A program made the position numbers and the translations under genes. From Acidobacteriota bacterium (lineage in GTDB: Bacteria; Acidobacteriota; Vicinamibacteria; Vicinamibacterales; UBA2999): a stretch of DNA of 64,000 bases. The notes beneath the pieces were generated by a model. That model was not told the DNA's origin. It ran no database searches and saw only the letters and a program-made list of their open reading frames with translations. Below, one piece after another: positions 38,704-47,497 of this stretch. The stretch is taken from positions 14,496 to 78,495 of the forward strand of contig JBEGVQ010000093.1 of NCBI GenBank assembly GCA_041178345.1, in the 5' to 3' direction. Every line of letters begins with the position of its first letter. The first letter of the stretch is position 1.

Positions 38704-39363
38704 GTGGTCACGATGCAGGCGTTCCTCCAACGCGCGAATCGGTTCTTGGACATGCCGATCGGTCTTCCGGCGAGAATCATGCTCCTTGCCGCGACGGCTC
38801 TGATCGTGGCCACCTATTTCTTCCCCCTCTGGAACCTGACGATGTTCGCACCGCAGTATCCAGAGGGGCTTCGCCTCGACATCTACTCCTACACGCTGGT
38901 CGGCGGCAACAACGGCCAGGACGTGAAAGAGATCAACGTGCTCAACCACTACATCGGCATGCAGGACCTGGTGAACGAATCGTTCACCGAGTTCCAGTGG
39001 ATGCCGTTCGTGATCGGCGCGCTCGGCCTGCTGGTGCTGCGGGCCGCCGTCCACGGCACGGTCGTCGCGCTGGTCGACGTCACCATGCTGTTCGTCTACT
39101 TCGGCGCCTTCTCGCTGTGGTCGTTCGGCTACAAGCTGTATCGCTACGGCCACGACCTGTCGCCGGAAGCGGCGGTGCAGGTGCCGCCGTTCATGCCGCC
39201 GATGTTCGGCGGCGCGCAGATCGCCAACTTCGAGGTCTATTCCTATCCGCGGCCCGCGACCTACGCGATGGCCGGCGTGATCGCCCTGTTGCTGGCGGCG
39301 CTGTTCCTGACCTGGTGGCAACGGCCCACCGGCGAGCTCCCGGTCGCGGCGGATCGGGGATGA
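38704..39363 (+). CDS. nosB: NosB-like integral membrane protein of clade II nos clusters
   Basis: Polytopic membrane protein directly after nosZ and before nosD. The start may instead be ATG 38713. Confidence 0.7.
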   Translation: MVTMQAFLQRANRFLDMPIGLPARIMLLAATALIVATYFFPLWNLTMFAPQYPEGLRLDIYSYTLVGGNNGQDVKEINVLNHYIGMQDLVNESFTEFQWMPFVIGALGLLVLRAAVHGTVVALVDVTMLFVYFGAFSLWSFGYKLYRYGHDLSPEAAVQVPPFMPPMFGGAQIANFEVYSYPRPATYAMAGVIALLLAALFLTWWQRPTGELPVAADRG

Positions 39364-39367
39364 CGCC

Positions 39368-40747
39368 GTGACAGCCGTCGCCGTGATGCTGCTGTTGGGC
39401 CTGCTGCAGGTCACAGATGCTATGCCGCCAGGCGCCGGCGTCGAGGGGCGGCCGGCCGCGGCGCACGCCTCGCCCCTCCAGGCCCTGGTCGACCGCGCAC
39501 AACCCGGCGACCGCGTCGTGGTGCCGGCGGGCACGTACGACGGAGACCTGCTGATCGATCGCCCGATCACCCTGCGCGGCACGGGTCGTCCGACCCTGCG
39601 CGGGTCGGGCACCGGCAGCGTGGTCCGCGTGCGTGCCCCCGGCGTCATCATCGAGGGCTTCGACATCGACGGGCGCGGCCAGGGCGACCTGGGCCGCGAC
39701 ACCTCGGGCATTCACGTGGCCGCGCCGCGCGTCACGATCCGTGATTGCCGCATCCGTCAGGCCTTGTTCGGCATCTACCTGCGCGAGGCGGATGACGCGG
39801 TGGTCGAGACCACGACGGTGACCGGCATTCCCGGCCGCGATCCCGGCGAGAACGGCAGCGGCATCCACGTCTGGAACAGCCAGCGCTTCCGCCTGGCCGG
39901 CAACACCATCGCCGGCGCCCGCGACGGCTTCTACATCCAGTCGTCATCGCACGGCCTGGTGCGCGGCAACCGCGCCAGCGATCTCCGTTACGGCCTCCAC
40001 TACATGTTCTCGGACGACAATGTCTTCGAAGACAACGTGTTCGCGCGCGGCGCCGCCGGCGCGGCGCTGATGTACTCGAACCGCATGACGTTCCGGCGCA
40101 ACCAGTTCGTGCACAACCGCGGCTTTGCCTCGGTGGGCCTCCTGTTGAAGGCATGCGATGACGTGGTGGCCGAAGACAACCTGATCGCCGACAACGCGCG
40201 CGGGGTCTTTCTCGAAGGTTCGTATCGGAATCGGTTCCGTCGCAACCTGGTGGCGATGTCGGACATGGCGCTGGTGATCTACGACTCGAGCGGCGCCAAC
40301 CACTTCGCGGGCAACGCCTTCGTCGGCAACCTGACGCCGCTGTCGCTGTCGGGCAAGCGCACTGATACCGTCTTCGACGGCAACTACTGGTCCGACCACG
40401 GCGTGCCCGATCTCGATGGCGACGGCGTGAGCGACCGGCCGTACCGGCTGTCGAATGTCTTCGATCACCTGCGTGGCAACCTGACCGCCGCCGACCTGTT
40501 CTCGCGTAGTGTCGCGGCGTCGGCGTTGGGCGCGGCGGAACGGGCCTTTCCCATCCTCGACCCCATTCCGGTGATCGACGCGCATCCGCTGGTGCGCCCG
40601 CCGGTCCTCGACGCGGTGCCGATGCCGGCGTCGGTCGCTTCGTCGCAATCGGTCGCCAGCACCGCCCCGCCCCTGCTGCTCCTGCTGGTCGGCGGCGGCG
40701 TGCTTGCGGCAGGCGGGCGCTCCTGGGTGAAAGGCAGGCGATCGTGA
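39368..40747 (+). CDS. nosD: nitrous oxide reductase maturation protein NosD (parallel beta-helix)
   Basis: Repeated beta-helix units (..GIHVW..GNTI..GFYIQ..GNRA..YGLHYMFS..N.F..). Position in the nos operon. Confidence 0.9.
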   Translation: MTAVAVMLLLGLLQVTDAMPPGAGVEGRPAAAHASPLQALVDRAQPGDRVVVPAGTYDGDLLIDRPITLRGTGRPTLRGSGTGSVVRVRAPGVIIEGFDIDGRGQGDLGRDTSGIHVAAPRVTIRDCRIRQALFGIYLREADDAVVETTTVTGIPGRDPGENGSGIHVWNSQRFRLAGNTIAGARDGFYIQSSSHGLVRGNRASDLRYGLHYMFSDDNVFEDNVFARGAAGAALMYSNRMTFRRNQFVHNRGFASVGLLLKACDDVVAEDNLIADNARGVFLEGSYRNRFRRNLVAMSDMALVIYDSSGANHFAGNAFVGNLTPLSLSGKRTDTVFDGNYWSDHGVPDLDGDGVSDRPYRLSNVFDHLRGNLTAADLFSRSVAASALGAAERAFPILDPIPVIDAHPLVRPPVLDAVPMPASVASSQSVASTAPPLLLLLVGGGVLAAGGRSWVKGRRS

Positions 40748-41643
40748 TCGAATACCGCGCCTTCACGAAACGCTATGACGGCAGGACCGCGGTCGATGCC
40801 CTGACGCTGCTCGTGCCGCCCGGATCGGTCGTGGCATTGCTCGGCCCGAACGGATCCGGCAAGACCACGTCGATCAAGGCGGCGGCCGGCCTGATTCGGC
40901 CCGACGCCGGCGAGGTGATGCTGGGCCACGATCGCATCAGCGCCCTCGACCCGCGCGGACGCCGGTCGTGCTCGTTCCTGCCGCAGCGCGTGTCGTTTCC
41001 CGAGACGCTCACCGGCCGCGAGGTGGTCGAGTTCTACCGGCGCCTGCGCGAAGCGCCGGTTGGCGCCGCCGATCGCGTCTTGAAGTTCGCGTCGCTCAAC
41101 GGCGCCGGCGCGCGGGCCGTCGGCACCTACTCCGGCGGCATGGTGCAGCGGCTCGGGCTCGCGGTGGCCACCCTGGGCACGACGGAAGTGTTGTTGCTCG
41201 ACGAACCTACGGCCGCGCTCGATCCGGAAGGACTGAGCGCCTTCTACGAACTGGTCGAGACGCGCCGGAGATCTGGCGGCACGGTCTTCTTCAGCTCGCA
41301 CCAGCTTGGCGACATCGAACGCCTCGCCGACGCCGTGGCGGTGATGGTCGCCGGCAAGCTCGTGGCGCAGTTTACCGAACGCGACCTGGCGGCGCGGCTG
41401 GCCGACCGGGGCGTCATGCGCGTGCGGCTGGCGGCGCCCATTGCCGGGCTGCTCGAGCGCGTCAGCGAGCGCGCACCCGGGGCCAGGTGGGCCGGCGACG
41501 AGCTGACCGTGCCCGGCTCGGCCGCCATGCGGCCGCTGATCCTCGACCTGGTTCGCGAGGCCGGCGCCGAGATTCGCGGCCTCACGGCGGAAGAGGGCCG
41601 GCTCGATGAGTTCTACCGCGAGCTGATCGGAGTGCCGTCATGA
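40744..41643 (+). CDS. nosF: NosF ABC transporter ATP-binding protein
   Basis: GPNGSGKTT, YSGGMVQRLGLA, LLLDEPTAALD. Overlaps the nosD stop. Confidence 0.9.
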   Translation: MIEYRAFTKRYDGRTAVDALTLLVPPGSVVALLGPNGSGKTTSIKAAAGLIRPDAGEVMLGHDRISALDPRGRRSCSFLPQRVSFPETLTGREVVEFYRRLREAPVGAADRVLKFASLNGAGARAVGTYSGGMVQRLGLAVATLGTTEVLLLDEPTAALDPEGLSAFYELVETRRRSGGTVFFSSHQLGDIERLADAVAVMVAGKLVAQFTERDLAARLADRGVMRVRLAAPIAGLLERVSERAPGARWAGDELTVPGSAAMRPLILDLVREAGAEIRGLTAEEGRLDEFYRELIGVPS

Positions 41644-42047
41644 CGAAGTGGGTGCTGGCGGCGGCCCTGGTCATGGGCGGGTGTGCCGGCGGTCCGCCGG
41701 GACCGGCCGCCGTCGGACTGGGCGAAGACGCCTGCGCGGGCTGCCGCATGACGATCGTGTCGCGCGCGACGGCCGCGCAGATCGTCCGCGCCGGCGACGA
41801 GGCGGTGTTCTTCGACGACCTCGGGTGCCTGCGCGACTACCTGCGCCAGCGACCGCTGCCTGGCGACGCCGTGGTCTACGTCGCCGACCATCGCTCGGGC
41901 GGGTGGGTGAACGCGCGCGCGGCGCTGTTTACCAGGACCACTGCGTCCACGCCCATGGCGTCGGGCCTGCTCGCCCATGCCGACACGACCTCTCGAGATG
42001 CCGACCCGGCGGCGGCCGGCGGCAGCCAGGCGACGGTGATGCCATGA
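41640..42047 (+). CDS. nosL: NosL copper-chaperone lipoprotein
   Basis: Lipobox LVMGGC; DACAGCRM metal motif. Confidence 0.85.
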   Translation: MTKWVLAAALVMGGCAGGPPGPAAVGLGEDACAGCRMTIVSRATAAQIVRAGDEAVFFDDLGCLRDYLRQRPLPGDAVVYVADHRSGGWVNARAALFTRTTASTPMASGLLAHADTTSRDADPAAAGGSQATVMP

Positions 42048-42883
42048 CCTCGCTGCGATCGGTGCTCTGGCTCTGCGCGCGGTACGAACTGGTGCTGGCC
42101 GTGCGATCGCGCTGGCTGCAATTGTTCGCCGTGGTCTTCGCCGCCCTGGCGCTGGCCGTGTCGGGCGCCGGCTACATCCTTTCGGGCGGTCATGGCGTCC
42201 AGGACTTCTCCCGTACCGCCGTCTCGCTGATCCAGATCGTGCTGCTGTTGGTGCCTCTGGCGTCGCTGGTGTTTGGCGGGCTGGCCCTCACGCCGGAACG
42301 CGGCGCTGCGGAACTGCTGTACTCGCAACCCGTCTCTCGCGGCGCCATCCTGTTGGGGCGGATGCTCGGCGTGTGGCTCGCGCTGGCCGCCGCCGAGGCC
42401 ATCGGCTTCGGCATCGCCGGCGTGTTCATGCAGCACCAGGCCGGGCCGGACGGGCTGTGGCGCTACGGCGCGCTGGTGGTGACCGCGGTGGCCATCACCG
42501 GTGTCTTCCTAGCCATCGCCACCCTGCTGGCCAGCATCAACGCCGGCCGCCGCACGCGCGTGCTGGCCGCCGCCCTGGTGGTCTGGTTCGCTACGGTGGT
42601 GATGTTCGACGTCGCCGTGCTCGGCATTGCGTCGCTGCTGCGATCGGGCTCGGCGTCGCGCCTGCTGATCATCGCTACGCTGATTAATCCAGTGGACGCG
42701 GCCCGCACCGGTTCGCTGCTCGCCATCGAGGGCACGGCCGCGTTCGGCGCGGCATCACTGGCGCTGTTGCGCTTCACGGGTGGCGCCGGCATGGCGGCAG
42801 CGCTGGTGGCGCTGTCTTTGGTGGCCTGGCTGATCGCGCCGCTGGCGGCCGCCATGCGCGCGCTCTCGCGCGCCGACATCTGA
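42044..42883 (+). CDS. nosY: NosY ABC-2-type permease
   Basis: ATGA overlap with the nosL stop; six hydrophobic helices. The gene order here is D-F-L-Y. Confidence 0.85.
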   Translation: MTSLRSVLWLCARYELVLAVRSRWLQLFAVVFAALALAVSGAGYILSGGHGVQDFSRTAVSLIQIVLLLVPLASLVFGGLALTPERGAAELLYSQPVSRGAILLGRMLGVWLALAAAEAIGFGIAGVFMQHQAGPDGLWRYGALVVTAVAITGVFLAIATLLASINAGRRTRVLAAALVVWFATVVMFDVAVLGIASLLRSGSASRLLIIATLINPVDAARTGSLLAIEGTAAFGAASLALLRFTGGAGMAAALVALSLVAWLIAPLAAAMRALSRADI

Positions 42884-42963
42884 AATGCCTGACAGAAGAT
42901 CAAGCGATCAAGAGATGGGTCCTCGCCACTCCTGTGCTCATGACCTCCTGGTCTCCGGTTCGT

Positions 42964-43674
42964 TCAAGACGCCGACGCCTCGTCCAGTGCGTGCCGATGG
43001 ATCACCACGAAGCCGTCCTTCTCCGTGTGCAGCACGTCTTCTTTGTGCCAGCGACTCATGATGCGAATCGTCGTTTCGATGGTGGTTCCGGTCAAATCCG
43101 CCAGCTCCTGCCGAGACAGCGGCATCGCCACGAACGTCCCGCCGCGCTCCGGGCGGCCGATCTGATCGCAGAGCTTCAGGAACAGGCGCGCGAAGCGGGC
43201 CTCGACCCGCGCGCCGGTCAGCTCCGCGAGACGGCGCGTCAGCTCCGCCAGGCGAATGGTCAGGCCCGATAACAGGCCGCGCACAATCTCCGGATCTTGT
43301 TCCAGCAGGCGAAAGAAAGCCGCCTGATCGATGCGCACGCACTGGGTGGACTCCAGCGCCAGCGCGGACGCCGGAAACGGCGCGCGCTCGTAGACCGCCA
43401 CGGCGCCGAGCGGATCGCCGTCACCGAAGATCTCGAGGATGATTTCCTTGCCGGCCGGCGTCGACTTGAACACCTTGACCCGCCCGGTGACGATGGCGAT
43501 GAAGACATCGCCGGCGTCGCCTTCGGAAAAGATCAGGTCGCCGCGGTCGTAGGACCGCAGGTGCGCCACCGCTGCGACCCGCGCGCGCGCGTCGGGCGCC
43601 AGGCGCCGGAACAGCGAGATACGGCGAAGCAGGTCGTCGTCCGGAGGGGTGGACACGAGGGGATGATACGCCAC
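42964..43674 (-). CDS. Crp/Fnr-family transcriptional regulator without an FNR Cys cluster (DNR/NnrR/HcpR-like)
   Basis: cNMP-binding-type beta-roll (..GDLIFSEGDAGDVFIAIVTGRVKV..), C-terminal HTH ..RQELADLTGTTIETTIRIMSRW... Confidence 0.9.
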   Translation of the reverse strand: MAYHPLVSTPPDDDLLRRISLFRRLAPDARARVAAVAHLRSYDRGDLIFSEGDAGDVFIAIVTGRVKVFKSTPAGKEIILEIFGDGDPLGAVAVYERAPFPASALALESTQCVRIDQAAFFRLLEQDPEIVRGLLSGLTIRLAELTRRLAELTGARVEARFARLFLKLCDQIGRPERGGTFVAMPLSRQELADLTGTTIETTIRIMSRWHKEDVLHTEKDGFVVIHRHALDEASAS

Positions 43675-43681
43675 GCTGCGG

Positions 43682-44212
43682 CTAGGGCAGGCGCCGTTCG
43701 AGTTCCAGCGCGCGCGGGAACAATTCTTCGTTCTCGGTGCGGTGATGCTCGCGCAGGTCGGCGTCGAGCTGCGCCAGCTGGGTCAGGCAATGCCGCCACG
43801 CCACCGTGGCGTCGTCCTCAGGCGCAAACCCGCGCGTCAGGGCGCGCAAGCGCGCCATCACGGCCTCGATCCGGGCGTGCTCGGTCTCCATCATGCGAAT
43901 GGGGTGGAGGACGGTCGGAAACGGCAGCGCCGGACGTCTCGCGCCTTCGCGCTCCGCCTGTGCCAGCGCCGAGAGGGCCGGGAACAGGAGGTTCTCTTCC
44001 TTTGAAAGGTGACTCTTCAGTTGTTGCACGAGATCGGCGACCACCGTCCGCGTCTCGGCCAACACCCCCGCGGCGCAGTCGTCGTCGGCCAGGCGGCCGA
44101 GGTCTTCCTGGATGATCGGCAAGGCGCGATGGAGGTAAGCGTGGTGCCCCAAAACGATGCTCGCGCACATTTCGTCGATCGGCGGTGCCGCGTCGTGATT
44201 ACCTTCGCGCAT
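43682..44212 (-). CDS. hemerythrin-like di-iron domain protein (RIC/YtfE C-terminal-domain-like)
   Basis: Start at ATG 44212 (MREGNHD..). H..YLH, ..HLSKEENLLFP.., ..METEHARI.., ..HHRTENEELFP.. His/Glu motifs. Ends 7 nt upstream of the Crp/Fnr gene. Confidence 0.8.
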   Translation of the reverse strand: MREGNHDAAPPIDEMCASIVLGHHAYLHRALPIIQEDLGRLADDDCAAGVLAETRTVVADLVQQLKSHLSKEENLLFPALSALAQAEREGARRPALPFPTVLHPIRMMETEHARIEAVMARLRALTRGFAPEDDATVAWRHCLTQLAQLDADLREHHRTENEELFPRALELERRLP

Positions 44213-44286
44213 CCGGTGTCCTTCGCGGGCGGGTCCCCCAGGCGTTCGCGCCTGACCCGATGCTAGCCGACGGTCGGAACGGGTAA

Positions 44287-44302
44287 CATGATCGACGTCA
44301 TA
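44287..44302. promoter_or_regulatory. degenerate copy of the palindrome (CATGAT-N4-GTCATA), copy 4
   Basis: Right half perfect, left half with 2 mismatches. Same 3' flank (TCGG) as copy 1. About 80 nt upstream of the hemerythrin-Crp operon start. Confidence 0.4.
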
Positions 44303-44461
44303 TCGGCCCCGGGGGCCGTCCTTATGCCCTTCGACTGTTCTTATCGTGCGCGCCACGGAGCCAATGCGTGCCTGACCGCGTGCCCCACCACGGCCGAGGT
44401 CGGTGGCTTCCAGTTCGCGCGCGTTGAACAGGGCAGCGGCGCGCCACCGGCCGATTCCCGC

Positions 44462-45460
44462 GTGATTGATGTGGCCATGTTGGACATGCATCACGGGTGG
44501 CCCAACCTGGGCCACGAGGCGCTGGTTCATGTCCTGCAGAACGCCGTCTGCGACCTGCGCGAGCCGCTGCTCCGGGCGCGGCTCAACGTGCGCGTCATCT
44601 CGTATGACGTGCGCCGGGGCCAGGCGCTGCCCGAAGCCCCCGGCGGCCGCCACACGGTCTACATTGGCACCGGCGGCCCGGGCCATCTCGACCCGGCCGT
44701 CAACGACGGGCGAGAAGGCTCACAAGGCATTGTCGAAAACCCGGCCTGGGAACCACGCCTGTTCGCACTATTTGATGCCATCCGCGCCGACCCGGGCGCC
44801 TCGTTGTTTGCCGTCTGTCATACCTTCGGCGTGATGTGCCGTTGGCTGGGTGTCGCCGATGCGGTGCTGCGGGGCCCTGAGAAGGGCGGCAAGAGCGTGG
44901 GTGTCCGGCACAACGTGCTCAGCCCCGAGGGGCAAGGACACCCGTGGTTCACGCCCTTTGCCAGGACCCTGGGTGCCGCCGGGCGCTTTCCGGTACTCGA
45001 CAACCGGCTCTACGATCTCGTCGCTCGCGGCGCAGCCCCAGCCGGCGTGAAACTGTTGGCCCTTGATTGCCGCGACGACGGGACGCCGGGCGACGCCGTC
45101 ACCATGGTCGAGGTTTCGGATGACCCGGCCGCGGTCATCCCGCGAATCCTCGGCGTCAACCACCATCCCGAGATCGTGAACCGGCAGCGCCAGCTCGTGC
45201 TCCTTGAAAAGAAGCGCGCGCGCGGCGACGTCAATCAGCAATGGGTGGCCGAGCGCATGGCCGCACTCACCGAGCCGGTCGGCGCCGATACCAACGATCA
45301 CGCCCTGTACCTGACCTCCAGCTACACGCTGATGGGACCGCTGCGCTTTGCCGTCTACCGCGCGATCCGCCTGCGCGCAGAGGCCGTCGGCATCGACCCC
45401 GGTTTTCACGAGCGAGACCTGCCGCTGGTCTACGGCCTCGCTCACGCGGTGACGACCTAG
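44462..45460 (+). CDS. class I glutamine amidotransferase-like protein
   Basis: Start moved to GTG 44462 (VIDVAMLDMHHGWPNLG.., the typical N-terminus). Nucleophile elbow FAVCHTFG; HHPE near the C-terminus. The track start at 44288 lies on the palindrome. Confidence 0.55.
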   Translation: MIDVAMLDMHHGWPNLGHEALVHVLQNAVCDLREPLLRARLNVRVISYDVRRGQALPEAPGGRHTVYIGTGGPGHLDPAVNDGREGSQGIVENPAWEPRLFALFDAIRADPGASLFAVCHTFGVMCRWLGVADAVLRGPEKGGKSVGVRHNVLSPEGQGHPWFTPFARTLGAAGRFPVLDNRLYDLVARGAAPAGVKLLALDCRDDGTPGDAVTMVEVSDDPAAVIPRILGVNHHPEIVNRQRQLVLLEKKRARGDVNQQWVAERMAALTEPVGADTNDHALYLTSSYTLMGPLRFAVYRAIRLRAEAVGIDPGFHERDLPLVYGLAHAVTT

Positions 45461-45480
45461 CTGCCTGTCCCTTCCCCTCC

Positions 45481-46845
45481 TCACGGCTCGTACCGCATCA
45501 TGGTCATGAAACCCATGTCCATGTGGAACTGGTGGTGGCAGTGAAACAGGGACAGTCCGGGCTGGGTGGTCGGGACGTCGATCTCCACTTGTTGCCAGGC
45601 GGGCACGACCACCACGTCTTTCCAGATGCCCGAGACGCGTTGCCCCGCGTACTTGACCAGCTCGAAGGTATGCCGATGCAGGTGGATCGGGTGCGCGTCG
45701 GCGCTCTGGTTGTCGAGCAGCCAGCGGTAGCGACGGTTGGCGCGGACGACGATCGGATCGATACGCGGGTGTGACTGGCCGTTGATGGTCCAGCTGTGCC
45801 CATCGCCCTTGGGCTTGAACACCATCGTCAACCGGCCGTCCGGTTCGGCCACTTCGGCGGCCGCGCCGAATCTCAGGTAGTTCCAGCCACCGGTCGCCGC
45901 CGGCGCCCAGCGCGGCGGTCCCGGCTGCCCGGCGTACTCGATGGCAATGCCCAGACCGGCCTCGCGCTGGGCAGTCCTGGTTTCGCCCAGGACCCACACC
46001 CCGGGCCGGTTCATCTCGACAATCGCGTCGATGCGCTCACCCGGACCCAGTTCCACCATAGGCACGCTCGCCGGCGCGGGCACGGCGTTGCCGTCGAGGG
46101 CGATGACGTGGAACAGGTGCCCCGGCAGGGCCAGGTGGTGATGCAGGGTGGCGCTCGCATTGACCATGCGGAACAGCACGCGTTGACCCTCGCGGACGCG
46201 GATCGGTTCACCGCCGCCGAGCATCTTGCCGTTGATCGAGTGATAGCGGTAGGTGACGTCGGCCGGGTTGGCGCTCGTCACCCGCGGCTCCCATTCGTGA
46301 AGCAGGATCGGGACCTCCTGATCGTAGGCGCCCGGCTCGTCGCCGCTCTCGACCACGAGCATGCCGAACTGGCCGGTGTAGGTGCCCTTCTTGAAGTCGC
46401 GGCCGGCCATGTGGTGGCTGTGGTACCAGCGGGTGCCGGCCGGGTCGGGCGTAAACAGGTATCGCTGGCGTCCCCGCGGCGGCACGCCCGGCGTGCCCTG
46501 TTCATACACGCCATCGACCTCCGACGGAATGTGAAGGCCGTGCCAATGGACGATGTCCATTTCCCGGGTGTCGTTCCAGACGTCGACGATCACCGGCCGT
46601 CCCCGGCGCGCGCGCAGGATCGGGCCGGGCACCTGGCCGTTGTAGGCCAGGGTCTTCACCGTGCGGCCGGGCTTCAGCTCGAGCGACACCTCACCAATGC
46701 GAAGGGTGATGTCGGCGGGTTCCGTGAACGACTGCGGCTGGGTGGAGGGTTTGGGGAGCGGCATCCCCATGTGCTGGGCACGCCCCATGGCGGCCAGCGA
46801 CGACCAGCCACACGCGACGGCGAGGAGTTCACGACGGGTCATCAC
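45481..46845 (-). CDS. multicopper oxidase with a Tat signal
   Basis: MMTRRELLAV.. Tat signal. HWHGLHIP, WYHSHH, HCHHQFHMDMGFM. Confidence 0.87.
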   Translation of the reverse strand: MMTRRELLAVACGWSSLAAMGRAQHMGMPLPKPSTQPQSFTEPADITLRIGEVSLELKPGRTVKTLAYNGQVPGPILRARRGRPVIVDVWNDTREMDIVHWHGLHIPSEVDGVYEQGTPGVPPRGRQRYLFTPDPAGTRWYHSHHMAGRDFKKGTYTGQFGMLVVESGDEPGAYDQEVPILLHEWEPRVTSANPADVTYRYHSINGKMLGGGEPIRVREGQRVLFRMVNASATLHHHLALPGHLFHVIALDGNAVPAPASVPMVELGPGERIDAIVEMNRPGVWVLGETRTAQREAGLGIAIEYAGQPGPPRWAPAATGGWNYLRFGAAAEVAEPDGRLTMVFKPKGDGHSWTINGQSHPRIDPIVVRANRRYRWLLDNQSADAHPIHLHRHTFELVKYAGQRVSGIWKDVVVVPAWQQVEIDVPTTQPGLSLFHCHHQFHMDMGFMTMMRYEP

Positions 46846-46861
46846 GGCAAGCTAACACGGC

Positions 46862-46891
46862 CGCGAGGCGAGGGCGACCCCCCGCCTCGCG
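46862..46891 (-). other. GC-rich intercistronic hairpin between the cytochrome c and multicopper oxidase genes
   Basis: CGCGAGGCG..CGCCTCGCG 9-bp stem plus 3 further pairs; no T-tract. Confidence 0.4.
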
Positions 46892-46910
46892 ATAGTGCTG
46901 GATCCGCAGG

Positions 46911-47324
46911 CTAAGGCACCTGCATTCCCTTGATGTAGTCCGCCAGCGCGGCGATGCGCAGTTGGGCGGTATCGCGATTCAACGAGTTGAACAGGCTGCC
47001 CCACATGGGCATGTCGCGCGAGCCGTGGGCGGCGATTTCGTCCAGACCCTCGATGTAACGGCGGACCCTCGTATCCGGGAAGGTACCCTTGTTACGAGCG
47101 CTGACCCTCGTCAAATCGGCTGGCGCCTTGGCCAAGGCCGACGCGGCCGGCCCCATGCCCTTGCCGTCCGTGCCGTGGCACACGGCGCAGTAGCTGGCGA
47201 ACATCCCCTTGGCATCTGTCGCGTTGACGTTCTTGATTGGTCCATGCTCGATCTTCGCCTGGGCGAACGCCGAGCCGGCCGAGAGCGCGAGAGCGACGAG
47301 TGCGATGAAGGCAAATCGGATCAT
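46911..47324 (-). CDS. monoheme c-type cytochrome
   Basis: Start at ATG 47324 (MIRFAFIALVALALSAGSAFA). CAVCH; distal Met in DMPMWG. Confidence 0.87.
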   Translation of the reverse strand: MIRFAFIALVALALSAGSAFAQAKIEHGPIKNVNATDAKGMFASYCAVCHGTDGKGMGPAASALAKAPADLTRVSARNKGTFPDTRVRRYIEGLDEIAAHGSRDMPMWGSLFNSLNRDTAQLRIAALADYIKGMQVP

Positions 47325-47407
47325 CAGGCTCCTCCTTCTTACTGAAAGACCAATACCTGACGGCTCTAGCATCAGGTGTGCCAAGCGCGCACGCGGTGGG
47401 ATAGGCG

Positions 47408-47450
47408 AAAAAAGGGGTCCGCGGCCGTGAGTCCGCCGGCCACGGACCCC
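47408..47450 (-). terminator. Rho-independent terminator after the MgtC/DUF4010 gene
   Basis: GGGGTCCG..CGGACCCC stem (8+5 bp). On the minus strand it is followed by TTTTTT (A-run 47408..47413). Confidence 0.7.
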
Positions 47451-47497
47451 GAAAACGGGGAATATCCCGCAGTGCCCGGAGGCCCGGGCCGGTGTCC

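Noticed and set aside
42897-42913. Tandem GATCAAGC/GATCAAGA octamers between nosY and the Crp/Fnr gene.
   Set aside because: There are only two short units in a convergent 3' gap, with no structure or recurrence.
44288-44461. ORF-track start (ATG 44288) of the glutamine-amidotransferase-like gene.
   Set aside because: This ATG lies inside the palindrome copy 4. The first 58 codons show no family similarity, and homologues begin near ..IDVAMLDMHHG.., so GTG 44462 or ATG 44477 is preferred.
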